DNA of 64,000 bases from Mobula hypostoma. Lineage: Eukaryota. Of this stretch, positions 50,501 through 58,035 are shown piece by piece. A program made the translations under genes and the position numbers. Under the pieces are notes generated by a model. The model was not told where the DNA came from. It made no database searches and was given only the letters and a program-made list of their open reading frames with translations. Position 1 is the stretch's first letter, and each line of letters begins with the position of its first letter. The stretch is taken from the NCBI RefSeq assembly GCF_963921235.1, contig NC_086107.1, positions 116,562,001 through 116,626,000 of the forward strand, written 5' to 3'.

Positions 50501-53500
50501 CTCCACCCCATCTAAACCTCTCACTCTAGGGACATGCCAATCGATATTTGGGAAATTAAAATCTCCCACCATGACAACCCTGTTATTATTACACCTTTCC
50601 AGAATATGTCTCCTTATCTGCTCCTTGATGTCCCTGTTACTATTGGGTGGTCTATAAAAATCACCCAATAGAGTTATTGACTCCTTCCTGTTCCTAACTT
50701 CCACCCACAGAGACTCCGTAGACAATTCCTTCATGTCTTCCTCCTTTTTTGCAGCCGTGACGCTCTCTGATCAACAGTGCCACGCCCCCACCTCTTTTGC
50801 CTCCTTCCCTGTCCTTTCTGAAACATCTAAATCCTGGCACTTGAAGTAACCATTCCTGCCCCTGAGCAATCCAAGTCTCTGTAATGGCCACATTATAGCT
50901 CCAGAGAGCTTAAGGTAAAAAAAAAAACCCTCAGGGGCAAGTGATCATAATATGATTAAATTTACCCTGACATTTGAGAAGGAGAAGCTAAAGTCAGATG
51001 TATCAGTATTACAGTGGAGTAAAGGGAATTACAGAGGATGAGAGAGGAGTTGGCCAGAATTTATTGGAAAAGAACACTGGCAGGGATGACAGCAGAGCAG
51101 CAATGACTAAAATACTTCTTCCTCTTTGGGATGAATATATCCTGTGCCTTTTAAGTTGCTTCTAGAAATTTCGAAGGAAAGATGACACAGCTGTGGCGAC
51201 AAGAGAAACCTAAACCAACATAAAAGCCAAAGAGAGGGCATATAATGGAGCAAAAATTAGTGGGAAGTTAGAGGATTGGAATGCTTTTAAAAACCAACAG
51301 AAAACAACAAAAAGGTCGTTAAGAAGGTAAAGATGGAATATGAAAGTAAGTGAGCCAATAGTATTAAAGAGGATACCAAAAGTCGCTTCAGATTCATAAA
51401 GTGTATGAGAGGCAAGAATGGATGTCGGACCGCTGGAAAACTATGCTGGAGAGGTAGTAATGGGAGGCAACAAAATGGTAGATGGACTGAATAAGTATTT
51501 TGCATCAGTCTTCATTGTGGAAGACACTAGCAGTATGGTGGAAGTTCCAGGTGTCAGGGGTCATGAAGTGTGTGAAGTTACCATAACTAGAGAGAGAGTT
51601 CTTGGGAAACTGAAAGTTCTGAAGGTAGATAAGTCTCCTGGACCATATGGTCTACACCCCAGGGTTCTGAAAGAAGTGGCTGAAGAGATTGTGGAAGCAT
51701 TAGTAATGATCTTTCAAGAATAACTAGATTCTGGAATGGTTCTGGAAGACTGGAATATTGCAAATGTCAATCTACTCTTCAAGAAGGGAGAGAGGCAGAA
51801 GAAAGGAAACTATAGGCCAGTTAGTCTGAACTCAGTGGTTGGGAAGATGTTGGAGTTGATTATTAAGGATGAGCTGTCAGGGTACTTGGAGGCACATGAT
51901 AAAATAGGCCGTAATCAGTATGGTCTTCTCAAGGGAAAAACTTGCCTGACAAATCTGGTGGAATTCTTTGAAGAAGTACAAGTAGGATAGACAAAGGAGA
52001 ATCAGTTGATGTTGTTTACTTGGAATTTCAGAAGGCCTTTGACAAGGTCCCACACGTGAGGCTGCTTAGCATGTTACGAGCCCATGGTATTAGAGGAAAG
52101 ATTCTGGCATGGATAAAGCAGTTGCTGATTGGCAGGGGGCAGAGTTGGTGGCTACCAGTGACTAGTTGTGTTCCAAAGGGGTCTGTGTTGGGACCAATTC
52201 TTTTTATATTATATGTCAATGATTTGGATGATGGAATTGATGGCTTTGTTGTAAGGACTGCTGATGATATGAAGATAGGAGGAGAGGCAGATAGTTTTGA
52301 GGAAGTAGAGAGGCTACAGAAGGACTTAGATCAGGAGAATGGGCAGAAAAATACAGAAATACAGTGTGGAAGGCTCAAAGGGACTCTGAAGAATAGAGTA
52401 GATCTTATAGAACCATATAAAATTATGAAAGGGATAGATAAGATAGAGGCAGGAAAGTTGTTTCCACTGATAGGTGAGACTAGAACTAGGGGACATAGCC
52501 TCAAGATTCAGGGGAGTAGATTTAGGACGGTGATGAGGAGGAACTGCTTTTCTCAGAGAGTGGTGAATCTGTGGAATTCTCTGCCCAATGAAGCAGTGGA
52601 GGCTACCTCACTAAATATATTTAAGACGAGGTTTGATAGATTTTTGCATAGTAGGGGAATTAAGGGTTATGGGGAAAAGGCAGGTAGGAGGAGATGAGTC
52701 CATGGCCAGGGAGCCCTTGTGTAGGATTCTCTAAAGGTTAATTTACAGGTTGAGTCTGTGCTGAGGAAGGCAAGTGTAATGTTAGCATTCATTTCAAGAG
52801 GACTAGAATATAAAAGCAAGGATGTAATGTTGAGGCTTCATAAAGCTCTGGTGAGGCCCCACTTGGAGTATTGTGAGCAGTTTTGAGCCCCTTATCTCAG
52901 AAAGGATGTGCTGAAACTGGAGAGGGTGCAATGGAGGTTCATGAAAATGATTCCAGGATTGAATGGTTTATCATATGAAGTGCTTTTGATGGCTCTGGGC
53001 CCTTATTCCCTAGAATTCAGAAGAATGTGAGGTGATCTCATTGAAACTAATGGAATGGTTCGGCCTTGATGGAGTGGATGTGGAGAGGATGTTTCCTATA
53101 GTAGGAGAGTCTAAGACCAGAGGGCACAGAGGTGTCCTTTTAGAACAGAAATGAGGAGGAATTTTTTTAGCCAGAGAGTGGTGAATCTGTGGAATTCTTT
53201 GCCACAAGCAGCTGTGGAGGCCAAGTCTTCATGTATATTTAAGACAGAGGTTGTTGATAGATTCTTGATTGGTCAGGGCATGAAGGAATACAGGGAGAAG
53301 GCAAGAGATTGGGACTGAGAGGAAGATTGGATCAGCCATGAAATGGCGGAGCAGACTCAAGCAGCCGAATTGCCCAGTTCTGCTCCTGTATCTTATAGTC
53401 TTAGTGAGACAGGCAGGGACTGTGGGGAGAGACTGGCATGGATGGGGTAGTCTCTTCACTCTACAGTTCTATAAAACATCACTGACACAATGGCCTCTTG

Positions 53501-54188
53501 TGGGGAAAGCTAGAGTTGGAAGTGAGAAGTTGGGCGGGGGGGGTCACAGTTTAAAACGCGGGGCTGGCATATTTCAGACAAAATGTTGTGGGGAGGGGCT
53601 GTGGGGAAACAGTGTTTTTTTCCCTTTGGTAAGTGACGAGGATGTCGGGAAGGAAAAGGGCTTCTGGAGAAGAGAGGTGGAGGTGGTTGGGCAGGGAGTA
53701 TGCTGGGGGGTGAGGCAGGGGATGTGGATGAGGTGGGAAGAGGTTGAGGGAGTGTGGGACAGGTTAGGGAGGGAGATGGGTAGAACGGTTGAAGGAACAA
53801 AGCAGGGCAGGTGAACAAGGGTGAGGGGAGTGTGGGAGAGGTTGAGGGGGGGTAGATGGGTAGATCAGTTGAGGGGACGAAGCAGGGAGGTGGTTGAGGT
53901 TGGAAGAAGTTGAGGGGGATGTGCAAGATGCTAATAGGGAAGGAGAGGAGTAGATGATGGGTTGAGGGTGGAATGGGAAAGTGCAGCAGCCACTGGAGGG
54001 GCCAGGCAACCTCCTCATCAGCCTCTGACGTGTAATCTTTATCCGCACTCCAGGTTAAGCTGCTGCAGGGACTGGGACTGAACTCGACCCTGATCACTGA
54101 TGGCTCCACACCAGTCAACCTCTTCGCCACTGCCAAGGGCATGTTGGGACTGCCGCTGACCAGCGCAGGCAAGGCAGGAGCAGAGTGA
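11460..54188 (+). CDS. MVP: Major vault protein, spliced CDS join(11460..11581,13813..14132,22046..22177,24136..24230,34393..34629,35291..35416,35550..35708,36715..36971,37112..37309,38734..38878,39781..39992,41813..41929,42217..42343,43247..43435,54054..54188); 856 aa
   Basis: The translation matches MVP from end to end: [43 protein letters not shown], vault repeats with [76 protein letters not shown], cap helix, and C-terminal [12 protein letters not shown]. Every intron is GT-AG, phases join without frameshift, and the total is 2571 nt = 857 codons. Confidence 0.97.
11932..13667 (-). mobile_element. 5'-truncated Rex1/Babar-type LINE (RT and C-terminus) in an MVP intron
   Basis: [101 protein letters not shown]. 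One in-frame TGA at 12559-12561 separates two same-frame ORFs. Confidence 0.92.
13813..14132 (+). CDS. MVP: MVP coding exon 2 (320 nt; [17 protein letters not shown]...GDEWLFEGP)
   Basis: Acceptor cccctccccag; donor CAG|GTAGGA; continuous MVP similarity. Confidence 0.96.
14640..17235 (+). mobile_element. CR1-type LINE fragment carrying the 42-bp tandem array
   Basis: [35 protein letters not shown] before the array; ..YGEKLSLL..F after it. Confidence 0.9.
14902..17195. repeat. 42-bp minisatellite, about 54 copies (GGATGCTGCCTGGATTAGAGAGGGTGCAGAGGAGATTCACCA)
   Basis: Near-perfect tandem units; the unit reads [14 protein letters not shown] in the CR1 ORF2 frame. Confidence 0.98.
17328..17696 (-). 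mobile_element. Truncated copy of the non-coding retroelement at 19987-20807
   Basis: Shares tttaatgtcagagaaatgtatacaatatacatcctgaaatg and the following ~330 bp with the longer copy. Confidence 0.8.
18079..18554 (-). mobile_element. Solo-LTR-like 476-bp insertion inside a CR1 fragment
   Basis: Flanked by CATA on both sides (18075-78 and 18555-58); removing it restores CR1 sequence gagagggcataattt..gattggaggaaag. Minus-strand start (T)TGTTGG; minus-strand AATAAA at 18140-18145, about 60 nt from its 3' end. Confidence 0.6.
18580..21985 (+). mobile_element. Decayed CR1-type LINE (ORF1 esterase remnant, APE endonuclease, RT, 3' tail), interrupted at 19987-20807
   Basis: [67 protein letters not shown]; many frameshifts and stops. 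Confidence 0.92.
19987..20807 (-). mobile_element. ~820-bp non-autonomous retroelement (non-coding) inserted in CR1 RT
   Basis: Splits CR1 sequence attaaggacgagg|..|gaggtacttggag. Minus-strand 5' end has AAGATGGCG (20784-20792); 3' end has a cctttgaa-type tail. Second copy at 17328. Confidence 0.75.
22046..22177 (+). CDS. MVP: MVP coding exon 3 ([17 protein letters not shown]...NRVT)
   Basis: Acceptor aaacag; donor CAG|GTGAGT; phase 1 at both ends. Not in the ORF track because it has no start codon. Confidence 0.95.
22440..22660 (+). mobile_element. Degenerate tRNA-derived SINE (HE1/V-SINE-like)
   Basis: B-box-like ctgggtttaattc, then tgtacgttctccccatgacc..gggttt..cacagtcc..agac..gttagttggttaattggt..tgtaaattgtc, resembling the V-SINE core. 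Confidence 0.6.
22830..22965. mobile_element. Fold-back (MITE-like) element from Penelope-like termini
   Basis: 32-bp inverted arms aacacacacaaagtgctggaggaactcagcag (22830-22861) and ctgctgagttcctccagcattttgtgtgtgtt (22934-22965), one mismatch. Confidence 0.8.
23000..23600 (-). mobile_element. Highly decayed CR1 RT fragment
   Basis: Minus strand reads [16 protein letters not shown] and WAKRWQ motifs. Confidence 0.7.
23650..24030. repeat. ~32-bp purine-rich minisatellite (GGGAGGGGAGGGATGGAGAGGGATTAGACTGA)
   Basis: About 9 recognisable copies, ending about 100 bp before coding exon 4. Confidence 0.88.
24136..24230 (+). CDS. MVP: MVP coding exon 4 ([20 protein letters not shown]...LTEK)
   Basis: Acceptor tttgcccctcag; donor AAG|GTGAGA. 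Confidence 0.95.
24652..34372. repeat. 9.7-kb C-rich minisatellite, 21-24 bp unit (CCCCGACCCTCCACCCCTCACAC)
   Basis: More than 400 copies by length/unit; ends about 20 nt before the coding exon 5 acceptor; contains a 1349-bp internal duplication. Confidence 0.98.
34393..34629 (+). CDS. MVP: MVP coding exon 5 ([11 protein letters not shown]...[10 protein letters not shown])
   Basis: Acceptor ccttcatag; donor AAG|GTCAGG. Confidence 0.95.
34675..35262. repeat. ~28-bp pyrimidine minisatellite (CCCCGTGTCCCCCGTCTCTCCCCTCCTT) filling most of a 661-bp intron
   Basis: About 20 tandem copies. Confidence 0.93.
35291..35416 (+). CDS. MVP: MVP coding exon 6 ([11 protein letters not shown]...FDDEDA)
   Basis: Acceptor tttccctcag; donor GCT|GTGAGT. 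Confidence 0.93.
35550..35708 (+). CDS. MVP: MVP coding exon 7 ([18 protein letters not shown]...[13 protein letters not shown])
   Basis: Acceptor tctccacag; donor AAG|GTATGG. Confidence 0.94.
35735..36105 (-). mobile_element. CR1-type 3' fragment
   Basis: catttccaccctggg..tctggctgtccactct..tatcaagtcagctctcatcctcct, matching the CR1 3' ends at 46560-46680 and 48480-48570. Confidence 0.7.
36715..36971 (+). CDS. MVP: MVP coding exon 8 ([11 protein letters not shown]...[19 protein letters not shown])
   Basis: Acceptor cccctgcag; donor CAG|GTAGGG. Confidence 0.95.
37112..37309 (+). CDS. MVP: MVP coding exon 9 ([16 protein letters not shown]...LQLAYNW)
   Basis: Acceptor ctcccccag; donor CTG|GTGAGG. 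Confidence 0.95.
37400..38590 (-). mobile_element. CR1-type LINE 3' fragment with an internal 20/21-bp minisatellite (about 37762-38272)
   Basis: Minus strand: [43 protein letters not shown]..., the array, then [29 protein letters not shown]. Confidence 0.9.
38734..38878 (+). CDS. MVP: MVP coding exon 10 (HFEVSD...FDDFHK; shoulder domain)
   Basis: Acceptor gcccctcag; donor AAG|GTGAGG. Confidence 0.95.
39781..39992 (+). CDS. MVP: MVP coding exon 11 ([12 protein letters not shown]...[10 protein letters not shown])
   Basis: Acceptor cttcccacag; donor CAG|GTCCGT. Confidence 0.95.
40066..41512. repeat. ~30-bp purine minisatellite (GGAACAGGGTGAGGAGAGGAGGGGAGGAAG), roughly 45-50 copies
   Basis: Visible tandem units between coding exons 11 and 12. 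Confidence 0.96.
41813..41929 (+). CDS. MVP: MVP coding exon 12 ([17 protein letters not shown]...LEAN; cap helix)
   Basis: Acceptor cctgacccgcag; donor CAG|GTCAGT. Confidence 0.95.
41936..42105. repeat. 23-27 bp tandem repeat (CCCCCCACCCCGTCGGTCCGTGTT), about 6 copies
   Basis: Starts a few nt after the coding exon 12 donor. Confidence 0.85.
42217..42343 (+). CDS. MVP: MVP coding exon 13 ([13 protein letters not shown]...ALDIET)
   Basis: Acceptor tttccacag; donor ACC|GTGAGT. Confidence 0.95.
42408..42641 (-). mobile_element. Solo LTR (probably Gypsy-type), 234 bp
   Basis: Minus strand begins TGTGGTAA and ends GGTGCTTCA (TG...CA), with internal gaataaagg and agtaaaag. Flanks ccccc / acccc form an imperfect TSD. 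Confidence 0.72.
43247..43435 (+). CDS. MVP: MVP coding exon 14 (DAELLRL...[12 protein letters not shown])
   Basis: Acceptor ccacccag; donor CAG|GTACAA. Confidence 0.95.
43580..45110 (-). mobile_element. Decayed CR1-type fragments including ORF1 (Cys motif plus SGNH esterase-like region)
   Basis: [55 protein letters not shown]; endonuclease GDFNM remnant near 43730. Confidence 0.85.
45135..45378. repeat. 53-bp tandem repeat, about 4.6 copies
   Basis: (tggggaattactcagtgagtcaggcagggcctgtggatagagtttgatacaga)n with period 53 (45135, 45188, ...). Confidence 0.95.
46311..46932 (+). mobile_element. Nested CR1 3' fragment inside host ORF1
   Basis: Interrupts gttccagagtccagg|...|atcttggattgagtcc; [26 protein letters not shown]; tail ttctgtgttctat. 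Confidence 0.82.
48191..50902 (-). mobile_element. Nested antisense CR1-type LINE (endonuclease, RT, tail)
   Basis: [67 protein letters not shown]. Flanked by agaga on both sides, restoring host attagagagcttaagg. Confidence 0.92.
54054..54188 (+). CDS. MVP: MVP last coding exon ([24 protein letters not shown]...AGAE*)
   Basis: Acceptor cactccag; conserved cap-ring motif; TGA at 54186-54188. Confidence 0.95.
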   Translation, partial: VKLLQGLGLNSTLITDGSTPVNLFATAKGMLGLPLTSAGKAGAE

Positions 54189-54220
54189 CCATGGAGAAGT
54201 GGAGGAAATGGGATTGTCTC

Positions 54221-54290
54221 TGTATAAATAAATGCCAGTTACAAATGAGAGATGAGTCTTTCATCACATGACACTCTGTTGTTTGGGGTT
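54221..54290 (+). terminator. MVP polyadenylation signal region
   Basis: TGTA (54221) directly before AATAAA (54227-54232), 38 nt after the stop, with a downstream GT-rich tract tctgttgtttggggtt at about 54275-54290. Confidence 0.8.
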
Positions 54291-54549
54291 CCCCTCTTCT
54301 TAGACTGCACCAGGAGCCATGTGCGGTGTTCCCCTCCCGTTAAACCGAACCGGAAGCCGCATGCAGAGTCCCCCTTGTGTTAGAATGCACTGGGAGACCT
54401 GTGTATGTAAATCTGAAAGATACGGGCAGGGAGGAGGAGGAGGCTACAGAGGCAATGGAGGAGCACTTCTGTAAGGCAGCAGAGAGGGAATTGTGAACAC
54501 AGGTTGAGGGATTTGGAGAGAGTAAGGGAATGGGATAGGAACCTCAAAC

Positions 54550-55680
54550 AGTGTCACAGAGGGACAGACCCTTCAGTCTACCATGTCTCTCCTGCTGACA
54601 CGATATCCATCATTTTTCATGTCCAACAACCTCTTAAACACCTCATCGTATCTGTCTCTACCACCACCCCTGACAGAAAATTCCAGACACCTACCACTTT
54701 GTGTGCAAAATAAACTTGCCCTGGATATCTCCTTCAAACTTCCTCCCCTCGCAGCTTAAATGCATGCTCTCTGGTATTAGACATTTCCACCTGCTCTCCA
54801 CTGTTATCTGTGCCTCTCATAATCTTATAAACCTCTATCAGGAATCCCTTCATTCTCTGCCACTCCAGACAGCATCCTGGTGACCCTCTTCAAAGGCCCC
54901 TCACCCTTCCTGTAATGGGACAACCAGAGATTAATGTAATACTCCAGAATCGGCCTAACCAGAGTTCTAGAAAACAGCAACATAACATCCTGACTCTTGA
55001 ACTCAATGCTTTGACTAACAATAGCAAGTACGCGTACGCCTTTTTTTATCTGCTCGGCCAATTTCAGGGAGTGGTGGACTTGACAGCAAGATTCCTCTGT
55101 ACATCAACATTGTTAAGATTCCCGCCATTAACTTTGTCCTGTCTCTTTACATTTAACACCCCAAAGTGTAACCTCTCTCACTTGCCTAGATAAATTCCAT
55201 TTGCCAATTCTCCGCCCGTGTCTGCCACTGATCTATATCCTGCTGTGTCCTTTCACAAACTTCTACACTGTCCCCAACTTCACCAATCCCTGTATCCATC
55301 CACCCATGTTTTCATCAGGCCATTTCTATCTCTCACAAACATCTGAGGTACCTGCTGGTTCCCTGTGGAACACCACTAGTCACAGACCTCCAAATAGAAT
55401 AAGCCCCATTGATACTGTCCACTGTCTTCCTTGGACAAGCCAATTCTGAATCCAAACAGCTAATTCAATGTGCATCCCATACATCTTAACTTTCTGGATA
55501 AGCCTCCCATGAGAGGTCTTTGTCAAGTGGCTTTCTAATATACATGTAGGCTATATTCACTGCCCCATCCTCAAAAATCACCTTCACACCACCTCAAAAA
55601 AAAACTTAGGCAAGTTGCTTTGTACAAAGCCATGCTGACTGTCCAAAAACTGTTTATGCTTTTCCAAATGTGAATATTTT
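54550..55680 (-). mobile_element. Decayed CR1-type fragment downstream of MVP
   Basis: [28 protein letters not shown]; further RT remnants toward 55640. Confidence 0.8.
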
Positions 55681-56616
55681 ACAAACATTTATCTGGAAAA
55701 CAGCCATCGATAGCCTGGTTTTTCAGCACTATGCCAGTTGTACACAGAGGAATCCCATTGGCTGAGATGAGATCCTGCAGATGCTGCAATGCTGGAGTAA
55801 CACACACCACATGGTGGAGGAACTCAGCAGCTTAGGCAACATCCATGGAAGGACGTAATCGATGTTTTGGACTGACATCTGGGCAGGTTGGGAGTGTAGA
55901 AGAACAAGGGGTGACCTTACAGAGGAGTATAAACCTTGAGGGGCATAGACTGGGTGAATGTGCACAGTCTTTTCCCCAAGAATCAGAGGGCACAGGTTTA
56001 AACTGAGGTTTAATAGGGACCTGAGAGACAACTTTTTAACCCAGAGAGTGGTCTGTATATGGAAGAAGTAGGAATATTAACAACATTTAAAAGACACGAG
56101 AGGGTAAATGATTAGGAAAGGATTATAGGCTAAATGTGGTGAGATGGGACTCATTTAGATGGAAATCTGAGTTATATGTGAGACTCAGATAATCCAGGAT
56201 TATCCCCATTTCCCTTGTGAAACAATGGAATAACATTAACTATTCGGTGATCCTCTGAGTTCTCACCTGCTGCTGAAGAAGGCCTGAAGATTTTGATCAA
56301 GACCCCAGCAATATCAGCTCTTGCCTCTCTCAATAACTAGGGCTGTATCCCGTTTGGTCTGGGGACTTATCCACCTCAGTGTTCTCCAAGAGATCAAACA
56401 CCACATCTTTCTTAATCTCAAATGACCTAGCATATTAACACACTAGATACTGATTGCCCTTTATGTCCATCACCTTGGTAAGTACGGATGCAAAGTATTC
56501 TTGGAGGATACATCCAAACACATTTCCCTCCTTTATCTTTGAGTGGTCCTACCCTAGAATTTTGCACAGCATAGTAATGGCCCTTCAGCCCATGATGTGC
56601 TGACCTATTTAAACTC

Positions 56617-57395
56617 ATTACTACTACTACGTTGACTCAGGCCTAGGAGGCCGGCGTTGGGCATGATGACGGACTCTTCACTTCTCCCTCTCCCTCATCA
56701 GTGTGTTCAGTTCATCTACATTAGCCGCGCTGCTGTCTTCTAGGAGCATGTTGACCATAGTCTTGGGATGGTGCCCAGGGTTCATTCTCCCGTGCTTGGA
56801 CTCCCATATGATGACTAGGCTGACAGGTAGCTCAGGGTGGTGTAGACAGTGCCCCGCTAGTTGCAGTCTTCTCGCCTCAATTTTAGTGGTGAGCATTTGT
56901 AGGTCGTCATGGAGCTCGACATTCGACATGTGCTGTTGCCAACTCACGTAATGAGCCAGCTGGAGCATTCGTGTATAGCAGCCATCTAGAGACTTTCGCA
57001 TAGTCTTGCTGAGTGTCCACGTCTCACATCAGTATGTGAGAATGGACTCTATGACTGCTACGAAGATCTTTTTAAGCCCTCTGGTCAGGTTCGATTTCCT
57101 TCATGTTGTTCATAGCCCTGCACGCCAGCGCCTTCCGTATCTTTATGTCCTTCTCCGAACTCATTCTTGACCCGAGGTACTTGAAGTCAAAGACTTTCTT
57201 AATAGTATCATTTTTTACGGTCTTGAGAGTATCTTTTTTGTAGTTGAACGACATGCACTCTGTCTTTTTAGCATTTAGGTGAAGTCCAACTTTATTGCAC
57301 TCAATTTCCAGTTTTGTCAGTAGCTGCTGTGCTTCCTCCATCTGGTCAGAGAGCAGGATTATGTCATCTGCAAAATTGAGATCTGTGAGTGTAAC
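56617..57395 (-). mobile_element. RTE-clade LINE 3' fragment with (TAG)n tail
   Basis: LTDLNFADDIILL, GLHLNAKKTE, FKYLGS, EKDIKIRKALA, SLDGCYTRML, RRLQLAGHC; minus-strand tail gtagtagtagtaa. Confidence 0.88.
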
Positions 57396-57749
57396 CCACT
57401 CCACCATTAATCTTACCTTTTCATCCTGTAAAACTTTGTAGCTCTTTATTTTCCTTATATCCATGTTGCTGATTGAAATAGTGCTAGTCTGCATTGTGGA
57501 CATGCTATGTTGCCATTGGAATATGTTGTGACACTTGCAGGCTGCCCCAGTACATCCTTGAGTTGTGCTGCCTGTTAATGTAAAAGACACTACACTGTAT
57601 GTTTTGATGTACACGTGATAAATCAATGCATCTGAATCTGGTTGATGTATCTGCCTGTACCACTACCCTGGCAGAGCATCCCTCACACTTACCACATTCT
57701 GTGTTTAAAAAAAAATCCTATCTCTGACATCCTCCTAAACTTTCCTCCA

Positions 57750-57975
57750 ACCAAGACCTCAGTGGTGGATCTCTCCGAAGATGATGACACAGCACAATGG
57801 CAGTGAAGGGTTGCCACTCACCATGCCGCTGATCCTGACCCTGATCTGTTAAGGACTGTGGGGCAGGTGCCCATGCGGATCCTGGATCAGCCTCCACAGC
57901 TACCTGAGGACCCACCGATAGATGACCCCTTTGGAGAACACCATATTTGACTCGAGTGATCACATAACTTGTACT
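57750..57975. mobile_element. Unclassified 226-bp insertion with an 11-bp TSD inside a CR1 tail
   Basis: ACTTTCCTCCA at 57739-57749 and 57976-57986; CR1 tail sequence is continuous across the insert. Confidence 0.65.
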
Positions 57976-58035
57976 ACTTTCCTCCACCTTAAATGGACGT
58001 CCTCTGGTATTGGCTATTGCCACCTTAGGAAAAAG

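Larger units (their letters stand above)
45430..53405 (+). mobile_element. Near full-length but decayed CR1-type LINE (ORF1, ORF2, tail) hosting several nested insertions
   Basis: ORF1 [10 protein letters not shown] and [19 protein letters not shown]2 endonuclease at 47630-48190; RT resumes at 50903 ([35 protein letters not shown]); 3' tail at about 53300-53400. Confidence 0.9.

Noticed and set aside
54300..54410. Possible downstream promoter (ACCGGAAG ETS site, a few CpGs)
   Set aside because: Too short, and no downstream exon was identified.
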